This document shows, in pieces, positions 39,743 through 48,501 of a stretch of DNA of 64,000 nt. The notes beneath the pieces are model-generated. The model made no database searches and was not told the DNA's origin. It saw only the letters and a list, made by a program, of their open reading frames with translations. Source of the stretch: an uncultured delta proteobacterium. Its GTDB lineage: Bacteria > Myxococcota_A > UBA9160 > SMWR01. Made by a program: the position numbers and the translations under genes. Position 1 is the first letter of the stretch. The number at the start of each line of letters is the position of its first letter. Location of the stretch: positions 448,001 through 512,000 of the forward strand of contig CAWHTE010000011.1 in NCBI GenBank assembly GCA_963832165.1, given 5' to 3'.

Positions 39743-40711
39743 GTGCCGACCAGCGGACCGGGCGTCGTCGCAATCCTGGGCATGCAGACCTTCGTGGGCC
39801 AGGAGCTCGCGTCGCGGCTGCTCGCGCGGGACCTCCGGCTGGTGGGCCTCGACGTGCGCCGCCCGTTCGGCATCGACGAACGCGTGAAGTTCCACCGCAT
39901 CGACCTCACCGATCCGCGCGCGGACGCGAGCCTCGCGGAGGTCTTTGCGAAGGAGCACGTCGAGGCGGTGCTGCACGCAGCGTTCCGGACCGATCCGACC
40001 CCCGAAGTCGAGCTCGATCACGAGCTCGACACGATCGGCAGCCTGCACGTGATGAACGCGTGCGCGGCGGCGAAGGTGCACCGCCTGGTCGTAGCCTCGA
40101 GCACGATGCTGTATGGGCCGCACCCGGACAATCCCAACTACTTGAGCGAAGCGCATCCGCTGCGCGGGCATCCCGCGGCGCACGCGGTGCGCGATCGAGT
40201 CGAGATGGAGCGGCTGCTCGCCGATTGGCGCGAGCGCCATCCCGGTGTCGAAGTCACCGTGCTGCGCGCGTGCTGGCCGATCGGGCCCACGTTCTCGAAT
40301 CGCGTCGTTCGCTATTTCTCGCTGCCGGTCGTGCCGCTGCCGATCGGCTACGACCCGCTGCTCCAGCTCGTGCACGAGCAGGACCTGCTCGACGCGTACG
40401 AGCGCGCGGTGCTCGAGCCGCATCCGGGCGTGTTCAACGTGGTGGGCAGCGGCGTGTTGCCGGTGTCGACGCTGTTCCGGCTCGCGGGCAAGAGCACGAT
40501 TCCGCTGCCCTCGCTGGTGCTCGACCGCCTCTCCTACTATCCCTCGCAAGGGCAGACCGGCGATCCGCCCGCGGCCTTCTTCGACTACCTCCGCTACCTC
40601 TGGGTGGCCGACGGACGGCGCGGCTGGGATGCGTTCGGCGAGCCCGCCTACTCGACGAAGGAGGCATGGATCTCCTTCGTTTCGTCGCGGCGCATGCGCC
40701 GCTATCGGTGA
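39743..40711 (+). CDS. NAD-dependent epimerase/dehydratase-family (atypical SDR) protein
   Basis: AVLHAAF, LVVASSTMLYG..PDNP, GYDPLLQLVHEQD, GVFNV; GGAGG RBS. Confidence 0.85.
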   Translation: MPTSGPGVVAILGMQTFVGQELASRLLARDLRLVGLDVRRPFGIDERVKFHRIDLTDPRADASLAEVFAKEHVEAVLHAAFRTDPTPEVELDHELDTIGSLHVMNACAAAKVHRLVVASSTMLYGPHPDNPNYLSEAHPLRGHPAAHAVRDRVEMERLLADWRERHPGVEVTVLRACWPIGPTFSNRVVRYFSLPVVPLPIGYDPLLQLVHEQDLLDAYERAVLEPHPGVFNVVGSGVLPVSTLFRLAGKSTIPLPSLVLDRLSYYPSQGQTGDPPAAFFDYLRYLWVADGRRGWDAFGEPAYSTKEAWISFVSSRRMRRYR

Positions 40712-40716
40712 ACGCG

Positions 40717-41772
40717 ATGACCGCCGGCCGCTCCTCTCTGCCCGCACCGCTCGCGGGCGACGATCCCGCGCGCGTCGCTGCGCGCGCGGCGCTCGCAGAG
40801 CTGCGCCGGGAGATCCGCGCGCGCTTCACGCGCGAGCCGCACGACGCGTCACCGCGCATTGCGCTCCCCGCCGAGTGGGAGAGACGCTTCGAGCAGCTGC
40901 GCGAGCAGCTCGGCACGCTCGGGATGCGCGAGCGCAGCGGTCTCGTCGACGATTTCGGTATGGACGAGGGGTCTCTGCGCGCGCTGCGGCCTCTGCTCGA
41001 CTTCCTGTTCGACCGCTACTGGCGCGTCGACGTGCGCGGGATCGAGGAGCTGCCCGAGCGCGGACCGTTCCTGCTCGTCGCAAACGCGGCCGGGATCCTG
41101 CCCTACGACGCGCTCATGATCGCGCATGCGGTCGAGCGCGCGCGCGCAGAGCGACCGCGCTTCGCGGTGGCCGACTGGCTGATCACGCTGCCGTTCGTGC
41201 AGCCGCGGCTCGCGAAGCTCGGCGGCGTGCGCGCGTGCCCCGAGAACGTCGAGCGCCTGCTCGCCGCGGGCCACAGCGTGGCGGTGTTTCCGGAGGGCGT
41301 GAAGGGCGCCGCGAAGACCTACCGGGATCGCTATCGGCTCGCGCGCTTCGGCCGCGGCGGCGCGATCCGCCTCGCGCTGGAATGCGGGGTGCCGGTGGTA
41401 CCGGTCGGCGTGGTCGGCGCCGAGGAGACCCATCCGATTCTGTGGAAGGCCTCGGCGCCCGCGCGCACGCTCGGGCTGCCGTTCTTTCCCGTGACGCCGA
41501 CCTTTCCGTGGCTCGGCCCGCTCGGTGCGCTGCCGCTGCCTGCGCAGTGGGTGCTGCAGTTCGGCGAGCCGATCTCCTACGCCGACCTGACCTCCGATGC
41601 GGCGCGCGATGCGCTGCTGCTCTCGCGCTTGACCGAGGAGCTGCGCATGCGCATCCAGTCGCTCGTCGATGCCGGCCGGCGCGCGCGCGCGTCGGTGTGG
41701 AGCCTCGCCGCTACCGCGGGGAGTGATGATCAGGCGAGCGCGGGCGCGCCTTCGGATCGCACCGGCTCGTAG
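40717..41772 (+). CDS. Lysophospholipid acyltransferase (PlsC-like) family protein with catalytic His replaced
   Basis: DDFGMD, YWRV..RGIEELP, AVFPEGVKG, FGRGG, PVGVVGAEE; block I reads NAAGILPYD. Confidence 0.88.
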   Translation: MTAGRSSLPAPLAGDDPARVAARAALAELRREIRARFTREPHDASPRIALPAEWERRFEQLREQLGTLGMRERSGLVDDFGMDEGSLRALRPLLDFLFDRYWRVDVRGIEELPERGPFLLVANAAGILPYDALMIAHAVERARAERPRFAVADWLITLPFVQPRLAKLGGVRACPENVERLLAAGHSVAVFPEGVKGAAKTYRDRYRLARFGRGGAIRLALECGVPVVPVGVVGAEETHPILWKASAPARTLGLPFFPVTPTFPWLGPLGALPLPAQWVLQFGEPISYADLTSDAARDALLLSRLTEELRMRIQSLVDAGRRARASVWSLAATAGSDDQASAGAPSDRTGS

Positions 41773-42446
41773 ACGGGCGGCTCGCCCACGCGGAGCTGCT
41801 CGCGCACACGAGTGAGCGGCTGCGCGAGCAGATCTTCCCACTCGGCGCCGGGCAGCCACGCGGCGTTGCGCCCGCGCCGATAGCCCTCGCGCAGCAGGCG
41901 CCGCGCCGGCCGGTTGATCCCGCGCGCCCTCAAGTAGGCCACCGCGACGATGAAGCCGATTCCGGGATTGCGGGTCTGCGCGTAGGTGAACGCGAGCAGT
42001 GACGCTTCGCCGAGCAGGTCGCGGCCGTAGCCGGTCACGACGTGCCAGAGATCGTGGGTGTCGCGCAGCCGGTCCGCGAACCAGCGGCGGTCGGCGGGGA
42101 TGTCGAGGCGCAGCCAGTCCTCGCTGGCTTCGACGAGGCCGTCCGCGCTGATCTGCTCGCGCGACATGAACTCGCCATAGGTGCGACCGAGCGTGCCCGG
42201 CGGCAGCGCGAGCAGTGCCTCGCGATTGGAGAGCAGCGCGAGCAGGTTCGGACGCCTGGCGAGCAGGCGCTGGCCCGATTCGGTCGTCGAGAAGCGGTCC
42301 CAGACGCGCGTGCGCGACCTGCCCGAGAGCGCCTCGATGATCTCGAATACGAGCGCGGTGTCGTCGGGGTTCTTGATCAGCGCGCGGATCGCGCGCAGGG
42401 CGGCGAGCGGTCGGATCCGGTCCGAATATCGCGGAGAAGTGTCCAT
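41730..42446 (-). CDS. Coq4 family protein
   Basis: LALPPGTLGRTY and HDLWHVVTGYGRDLLGE (HDxxH-x11-E metal motif). Confidence 0.9.
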   Translation of the reverse strand: MDTSPRYSDRIRPLAALRAIRALIKNPDDTALVFEIIEALSGRSRTRVWDRFSTTESGQRLLARRPNLLALLSNREALLALPPGTLGRTYGEFMSREQISADGLVEASEDWLRLDIPADRRWFADRLRDTHDLWHVVTGYGRDLLGEASLLAFTYAQTRNPGIGFIVAVAYLRARGINRPARRLLREGYRRGRNAAWLPGAEWEDLLAQPLTRVREQLRVGEPPVYEPVRSEGAPALA

Positions 42447-42490
42447 GTGAGATCCTTCGGCGCGGGCGCATCGAGCCTGGACGCTCGAGT

Positions 42491-42520
42491 AGGCTACTAG
42501 TACTTACAAAATTGTCAATA
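42491..42520 (-). promoter_or_regulatory. Sigma70-type promoter for the Coq4 gene overlapped by a probable TetR operator
   Basis: TTGACA-N16-TAGCCT on the minus strand; imperfect inverted repeat TACTTACAA-aa-TTGTCAATA (42501-42520) in an AT-rich patch. Confidence 0.65.
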
Positions 42521-42537
42521 GACCGGGGAGCGGGACA

Positions 42538-43185
42538 TTGGCCGGAAAGCGCACGGGGAAGCGACGGCGGGTGCGCCGCAGCGCCGAGGACGCGCAGCGG
42601 CTGATCCTCGACGCCGCGGAGAAGCGGCTGCGCGAGGGCGGGCCCGAGGCGATCCGGCTCCAGGACATCGCGCGCGACGTCGGCATCTCGCACCCGGCGA
42701 TCCTGCACCACTTCGCGAGCCGGGACGGGCTCACGCAGGCGCTCGAGCGCCGTGCGATGGCGCGCCTCGAGGCCGAGCTCGTGGAAGTGCTCTCGACCCG
42801 GCCCGCGCGCGGCGAAACGGCCGTCCACGTGATCGAGCGCGCGTTCGCGACGCTCGGCGACGCGGGTCACGCGCGCATGCTCGCATGGCGCGTGCTGCAG
42901 ACCGCGCCTGCGGAACCCAATGTCGATCAGACGCTGTTGAAGGCGCTCGCCGAACTCCTCCACGCGCGGCGCGTCGAGGCGGCGGTGGCGGAGCGGCGCG
43001 CGCCCCCGAGTCCCCAGGACACCGAGTTCGTGGTGCGCCTCGCGGCAGCCGCAATGCTGGGCGACGGCATCTTCGCGCCGTTCCTCGACGCGAGCTTCGG
43101 TCGCGCCAACGACCCCGCGCGCCAGCGCCGCTTCCGCGAGTGGTTCGCGCGCCTGCTCGTGGCGCACACCGGAGTCGAACCGTAG
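42538..43185 (+). CDS. TetR/AcrR family regulator
   Basis: ILDAAEKRL..G..IRLQDIARDVGISHPAILHHFASRDGL HTH. Confidence 0.95.
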   Translation: MAGKRTGKRRRVRRSAEDAQRLILDAAEKRLREGGPEAIRLQDIARDVGISHPAILHHFASRDGLTQALERRAMARLEAELVEVLSTRPARGETAVHVIERAFATLGDAGHARMLAWRVLQTAPAEPNVDQTLLKALAELLHARRVEAAVAERRAPPSPQDTEFVVRLAAAAMLGDGIFAPFLDASFGRANDPARQRRFREWFARLLVAHTGVEP

Positions 43186-43201
43186 CGGGTACCCTGCGAG
43201 C

Positions 43202-44482
43202 GTGTCCGCATCGGCCGCGACCCCGCTTCCTGCTCCGGTCCCGAGCCCGCGCTTCGACGGCTGGCGCATGGTCGCGCTCGGCGGGCTCGCGCAGGGGCTC
43301 GCGCTGCCGCTGATGGGCGCGTTCGGCGTCGTGGCCACGCCGCTGATCCAGGAGTTCGACGCGAGCGCAGCCCATCTCGGTATCGGGATGTCGGTGGCGC
43401 TGCTGGCCGCCGCATTGGCCGGCGCACCGCTGGGTGCAGCGCTCGACCGCGGCCCGTTGCGCGCGATCATGCTCACGGGCGCCGCGCTGATGTTCGTATC
43501 GGTTTTCGCGCTCTCGCGCGGTGTCGCGCTCTGGCAGCTCGCCGCGTGCTTCGCGTTCGCCGTGGTCGGTATGTCGATGTACGGCATGCTGCCGGTGCAG
43601 GTGATGCTCGTGAACTGGTTCGCGCTGCGGCGCGGAACCGCGCTGTCGCTCGCCTGGGTCGGCACGAGCGTCGGCGCCCTGATCGTGCCGACGACCACCG
43701 CCTGGCTGATCGAGTGGTTCGGCTGGCGCAATGCGCTCGTGGCACTCGCGGCGGGCGCAGCGGCGCTCGCGGTGCCTGCGATCGCGTGGCTCGTGAAGCG
43801 ACCCGAGGAGCTCGGGCAGTCGCCGGATGGGATTCCCAGCCCGCCGCGGAACCTGCAGCCGTCGGCCGAGCGCGACGAGGCCAGACATGAATCGCGCGAG
43901 ATCACAGCCTGGCTGCGCGACCGCAACTTCTGGCTGCTCGGCACTGGCGTCGGCCTCGCGCTCTCGGTCTCGATCGCGACGCTGTTCCTGGTGCGGCACC
44001 TCGAGACGCTCGGGATCCCGCGCACACAGGCCGCTCTGGTCCCATCCTCGATGGCGCTATTCGGAATCATCGGAAAACTTGGAGCCGGCTGGCTGATCGA
44101 TCGGTTCGATGCGCGCGCCGTCGTTGTGGGTGCACTCGCGCTGCATGCCCTCGGCTGGACGATCGTGGCTTCGCAGTCGAGCTATGCCGCGATGCTATTC
44201 GCGGCGCTGCCGCTGGGGCTCGGCGGGGGTGGCTTCCTACCGCTTCCGCCCGTTCTCCAGGGCCGCTGCTTCGGGCGCGGCGCGATCGGGCGCATCGGCG
44301 GCCTCCACGCGCTGATCCATCTTCCGTTCCTGCTTGCTGTCGCGCCGCTCGTCGGTTGGGGCGCGGGCGGCACGGACGGTTTCGCGGCGCCGTTCTTCGG
44401 GCTCGCGGTCGTGCTCGTGGTCGCCGCGCTCGTGCTCGCGTGCCTGCGCATCCCGGAGATCGAGCCGGTCGAGCGACGCTAG
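43202..44482 (+). CDS. MFS transporter (OFA/MCT-like)
   Basis: About 12 TM segments, GAALDRGPLR and GWLIDRF motif A, NWFALRRGTA. Confidence 0.92.
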   Translation: MSASAATPLPAPVPSPRFDGWRMVALGGLAQGLALPLMGAFGVVATPLIQEFDASAAHLGIGMSVALLAAALAGAPLGAALDRGPLRAIMLTGAALMFVSVFALSRGVALWQLAACFAFAVVGMSMYGMLPVQVMLVNWFALRRGTALSLAWVGTSVGALIVPTTTAWLIEWFGWRNALVALAAGAAALAVPAIAWLVKRPEELGQSPDGIPSPPRNLQPSAERDEARHESREITAWLRDRNFWLLGTGVGLALSVSIATLFLVRHLETLGIPRTQAALVPSSMALFGIIGKLGAGWLIDRFDARAVVVGALALHALGWTIVASQSSYAAMLFAALPLGLGGGGFLPLPPVLQGRCFGRGAIGRIGGLHALIHLPFLLAVAPLVGWGAGGTDGFAAPFFGLAVVLVVAALVLACLRIPEIEPVERR

Positions 44483-47193
44483 TCGAGCGACTGTCGCCTG
44501 CGCAGGCGGTCGAGCCAGCCGACCAGTGCGATCCCCGCGCCGAGCAAGAGGGCGCGCGCGGGCTCGGGGAAGTAGTGCGCGGCGAACATGCCGTCGCTCT
44601 TTCCGGTCACGAGGTCCAGGTCGCCGTCCGCATCGAGGTCGCCGCTGGTGGGAGCGGAATGATTGCCGACGCTTTGCCCCGTCAGTGGATTCGCGGCGCC
44701 CGTGAGCGGCACGAACTGGGGGCTCGTCGCGCTGCCCGTGTTGCCGAAGTAGTTGAAGTCGCCATCGCTGTCGCCGGCGATCAGATCGAGATCGCCGTCG
44801 CCGTCGAAGTCGCCGAGCGCCGACGTCGATTCGGTGCCGACATCGACGGCGTCGAACGGGTTGGCTCCTCCGGTGCGTTCGACGAACGCCGGACTCGTGC
44901 GACTGACGGTGTTCTCGAAGTAGTTCAACTCCCCGTCGAAGTCGCCCGCGACCACGTCCAGGTCGCCGTCGCCGTCGAGGTCGCTGAGCGACGCCGTCGC
45001 GAACGCCCCGATGTCCTGACCGGCGAGTGGGTTCGCGGCGCCCGTGCGCTGAACGAAGTCCGGGTTCGTGGCGCTGCCGGTGTTCTCGAAGTAGTCGAAG
45101 TTGCCGTAGTACGCGCCCGCCACGACATCGAGGTCGCCGTCGCCGTCGAGATCGCCGAGCGCAGGCGCCACGGCGCCGCCGAACACGAACTGGAGTCCGA
45201 GTGGATTCGCAGCTCCCGTGCGCCGCACGAAGGCTGCGCTGATCGCCGTACCCGTGTTCTCGTAGTAGGAGAACTCGCCGTAGGGGTCGCCGACCACCAG
45301 GTCGAGGTCGCCGTCGCGATCGAGATCGCCGAGCGCGGGTTTCGATTCGGCCCCGACGCTCTGCCCGTCGAGCGGGTTGGTCTGTGCCGCGGCGAACGCC
45401 TGTTGGGGCGCGGACGCTCTCACGAAGTAGTAGAACAGACCGTCGTTTGCGCCAGAGAGCACCTCGCGCTCGCCATTGCCATCGAGGTCGACGATCGAGG
45501 GGAGCGAGAGAGTCCCGACGTCCCAACCCGCGAGCGGATTCGCTTCGCTGGTGCGCTCAAGGAAGGCCGGACTCGCCGCGGTGCCGGTGTTCTCGAAGTA
45601 GTTGAAAACGCCGTCCTGCTCGCCCGCGACGACGTCGAAGTCGCCGTCACCGTCGAGGTCGCCGAGTGCGGGCGCCGAGCGCACGCCCAGGTCGTGCCCG
45701 TCGAGCGGGTTGGCAGCGCCGGTGCGCAGGAGAAAGCTGGGGCTCACGGCAGTGCCCGTATTCTCGAAGTAGTTGAACACCCCGTCGTTCTCGCCCGCGA
45801 CGACGTCGAGGTTGCCGTCGCCGTCGAGGTCGCGAACCGCCGGCGTCGCAGCCGCGCCGACATCCTGGCCGTTCAGCGGATTCGCCACTCCCGTGCGGGC
45901 GATGAAGGCCGGGCTCGCCGGGCTGCCGGTATTCTCGAAATAGAAGAACACCCCGGTGCTCTCTCCCGCGATCAGGTCGAGGTCGCCGTCGCCATCGAGG
46001 TCGCCGAGCGAAGGCGACGACCGGGCTCCGACGTCCTGGCCGTTCAGCGGGTTTGCGGTTCCCGTGCGGGCGACGAAGGCCGGGGCGAGCGCACTGCCGG
46101 TGTTCTGGAAATACCGGAACACGCCGTTGTACTCACCCGCGACCAGGTCGAGGTCCCCGTCGGCATCGAGGTCTCCGGGCGCGGGAGCCGAGAGCATTCC
46201 TGGACTCAGCCCGTCGAGCGGGTTGGCCGCGCCAGTGCGCCAGATGAAATCGGCGGCGAAGCTCTCGAAGTAGGTGAAGAAGCCGTCGGCCTTGCCCGAA
46301 AGCAGATCGGGATCACCATCGCCGTCGAGATCGCCCAGTGACGGCGTGGAGTTGGCGCCCACATCCACACCGTTGAGCGGGTTTGCCGCACCGGTCCGCG
46401 CGATGAAGGCCGGGATCGTCGCGCTGCCCGTGTTCTCGAATGTGTCGAAAGTGCCGGCACTGCTGCCCGCGACGAGGTCGGTGTCGCCGTCGCCGTCCAG
46501 ATCGACGAGCGCAGGTGCCGAGAGAACGCCCGCATCGAACCCAAACGGGTTGGCCGCGCCGGTCTGCGGGAGGAAGCTGGGGATCGTGGCGGTGCCCGTG
46601 TTCTCGAAGTACCGGAACGTGCCGTCGTACGCTCCCGCGACGAGATCGAGATCAGCGTCGCCATCGACGTCGCCGAGCACGGGCCTCGAGAACAGCCCCA
46701 CATCCTGGCCGTTGAGCGGGTTGGCCGCGCCGGTGCGCAGGATAAGAGCCGGGGTCGTGGCGCTACCCGTGTTCTCGTAGTAGTTGAACACACCGTCCTG
46801 CTCGCCGACGACAAGGTCGTAGTCGCCATCGCCGTCGAGGTCCGCGTAGCAGGGATGCGAATGGTCCCCCACGTCTTGAAAGGCCGTCGGGTCCGCCGCG
46901 CCGCTTTGAGGAGCGTATGCCGGGCTCACGGCGCTGCCGGTGTTCTTGAAGTACCCAAAGCCTCCGCTGAAAGCTCCTGCCGAGACGTCGAGATCGCCGT
47001 CGCCGTCGAGATCGACGAGCGAGAGAGTCGAATAGGACCCTACGTTCTGATCATTCAGCGGGTTCGCCGCTCCGGTCCGAGCCTCGAACTGGGGAAGCTC
47101 CGCAGCCGCCTTGCCCGGCGAAAGTCCGAGCAACGCGACGGCCAGCGCGGAGCTCGCCCCCACGGTGCGCAGCACCCACGTCAGTAAGTTCAT
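44479..47193 (-). CDS. Secreted FG-GAP/VCBS-repeat Ca-binding protein with PEP-CTERM-like anchor
   Basis: Signal peptide (..GKAAA|E), 15 repeats of about 57 aa with DLDGDGDLD, C-terminal FPEP-TM-RLRRR. Confidence 0.9.
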   Translation of the reverse strand: MNLLTWVLRTVGASSALAVALLGLSPGKAAAELPQFEARTGAANPLNDQNVGSYSTLSLVDLDGDGDLDVSAGAFSGGFGYFKNTGSAVSPAYAPQSGAADPTAFQDVGDHSHPCYADLDGDGDYDLVVGEQDGVFNYYENTGSATTPALILRTGAANPLNGQDVGLFSRPVLGDVDGDADLDLVAGAYDGTFRYFENTGTATIPSFLPQTGAANPFGFDAGVLSAPALVDLDGDGDTDLVAGSSAGTFDTFENTGSATIPAFIARTGAANPLNGVDVGANSTPSLGDLDGDGDPDLLSGKADGFFTYFESFAADFIWRTGAANPLDGLSPGMLSAPAPGDLDADGDLDLVAGEYNGVFRYFQNTGSALAPAFVARTGTANPLNGQDVGARSSPSLGDLDGDGDLDLIAGESTGVFFYFENTGSPASPAFIARTGVANPLNGQDVGAAATPAVRDLDGDGNLDVVAGENDGVFNYFENTGTAVSPSFLLRTGAANPLDGHDLGVRSAPALGDLDGDGDFDVVAGEQDGVFNYFENTGTAASPAFLERTSEANPLAGWDVGTLSLPSIVDLDGNGEREVLSGANDGLFYYFVRASAPQQAFAAAQTNPLDGQSVGAESKPALGDLDRDGDLDLVVGDPYGEFSYYENTGTAISAAFVRRTGAANPLGLQFVFGGAVAPALGDLDGDGDLDVVAGAYYGNFDYFENTGSATNPDFVQRTGAANPLAGQDIGAFATASLSDLDGDGDLDVVAGDFDGELNYFENTVSRTSPAFVERTGGANPFDAVDVGTESTSALGDFDGDGDLDLIAGDSDGDFNYFGNTGSATSPQFVPLTGAANPLTGQSVGNHSAPTSGDLDADGDLDLVTGKSDGMFAAHYFPEPARALLLGAGIALVGWLDRLRRRQSLD

Positions 47194-47415
47194 GTCGCGC
47201 CGATGCCCGCGCACGAAGCGCCGCGCCGCGGCGCGCACCTGTTGGCGCGTGCCCACACCGTGCGAACGCGCCGATCGCGCGAGGGCGCGCTCGCAGGCGT
47301 GCACGAGGCCGGGGCCCGCGTTCACCAGTCCACTGCGCCGCTTCCGCATCCGATCCCCCACGGCCCGCCCGCGGGACAATGTCTCACGGAAGCGAACGGG
47401 GGGTCAAGGAGAGCG

Positions 47416-47991
47416 TTAGTCGTCCGCGACCACGCGCCGGAGCGGATCGCCGTGCGGCGGCGGCGCCGGTGCCTCGCGCTCGCCTTCGAGCTTCTCGAGC
47501 GCGGCCGCGACGCGTTCGAGATTCTCGCTGAGCGCTTCGATGTCGCTGCGGCGCGGCAGGTCGAGTGCCTTGAACACGCGCTCGACGGCGCCGTGCACCA
47601 TCTCGTCCCACTCCGCGCGCGCGCTGTCGCGCCACCGCGCCGCCTCTTCCTCGCGGTGGCGGATCGCGTCGCGCACGTTCTTCTGGAGCTCGCCGATGTT
47701 CTCCTGCGCGTCGCCGACGCCGCGCTTGAGCGCGCCGTAGAGCACGTCGCCGCCCTTCTGGATCAGATCGGAGAGCAGCCCGCGCGGCACCGCGCGCTGC
47801 GCGCGCTCGTTGTCGACGAGGATCTGCGAGAGCGCGACGTTGGTGATGTCCTCGCCGGTCTCGTTGTCGACCACGCGGACTTCCGCGCCCTGCTCGATCA
47901 GCTCGGCGATGCCCTTGAGCGTGATGTAGCGGCTGGTCTCGGTGTTGTAGAGCTTGCGGTTCGCGTAGCGTTTGATCAGGACGGTGGCCAT
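47416..47991 (-). CDS. PhaR/PhbF-type DNA-binding domain fused to a phasin-like C-terminus
   Basis: LIKRYANRKLYNTETSRYITL..VVDNETGEDIT...LSQI; C-terminal LDLPRRSDIEALSENLERV. Confidence 0.9.
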   Translation of the reverse strand: MATVLIKRYANRKLYNTETSRYITLKGIAELIEQGAEVRVVDNETGEDITNVALSQILVDNERAQRAVPRGLLSDLIQKGGDVLYGALKRGVGDAQENIGELQKNVRDAIRHREEEAARWRDSARAEWDEMVHGAVERVFKALDLPRRSDIEALSENLERVAAALEKLEGEREAPAPPPHGDPLRRVVADD

Positions 47992-48024
47992 CGCCGGGAC
48001 CCTAGCGCTCCATGGCGCAGCGCG

Positions 48025-48501
48025 TCATCCCTGCACGGCCACGCGCTGGACCCGGCGCGGCCCGGGTGCGCGCTGGAGCGGCCCCGCATCCGCGGGGCGC
48101 GGGTCGACGCGCTCGCGCGGTGCGCGCACACCGAGCTCCCAGAGCACCTCGCGCAGGCCCAGGAAGGCGCGCAATACCGGGCGCGCGTCGTCGTCGCTCT
48201 TCGCGCGCTGCTCCCACCGCTCGATCTCCAGCTCGAGCGCGTGCGCGATCTCGGACGCGAGCCGGTCGGAGAGTCCGCCCTCGGTGGTCCAGCCGCGGCT
48301 CGCGCGACCGACCCAGCGATCGATCGATGCGAACAGCGAATTCTCCGCCGCAGACGCGCCCGACGTCGCGAGCGACGCCGCGTCGAGCAGCGCGCGCAGC
48401 GCCTCGAGCGCTTCGGCCACGGCATTCTTCGCGTGGCGGCGCGCGCGCGCGAGCGCTTCGTCGAGTGCGGCGCGATCGGAACCGTCTTCAGCCACGCCCA
48501 C
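48025..48501 (-). CDS. Hypothetical helical protein
   Basis: GTG start with GGAGG-like RBS overlapping the end of the upstream ATPase; co-oriented within the operon. Confidence 0.7.
   Translation of the reverse strand: MGVAEDGSDRAALDEALARARRHAKNAVAEALEALRALLDAASLATSGASAAENSLFASIDRWVGRASRGWTTEGGLSDRLASEIAHALELEIERWEQRAKSDDDARPVLRAFLGLREVLWELGVRAPRERVDPRPADAGPLQRAPGPRRVQRVAVQG

Noticed and set aside
44479..47193. About 170-bp periodic DNA repeats as a CRISPR array or DGR
   Set aside because: They are in-frame, degenerate protein repeats with no unique spacers, cas genes or reverse transcriptase.
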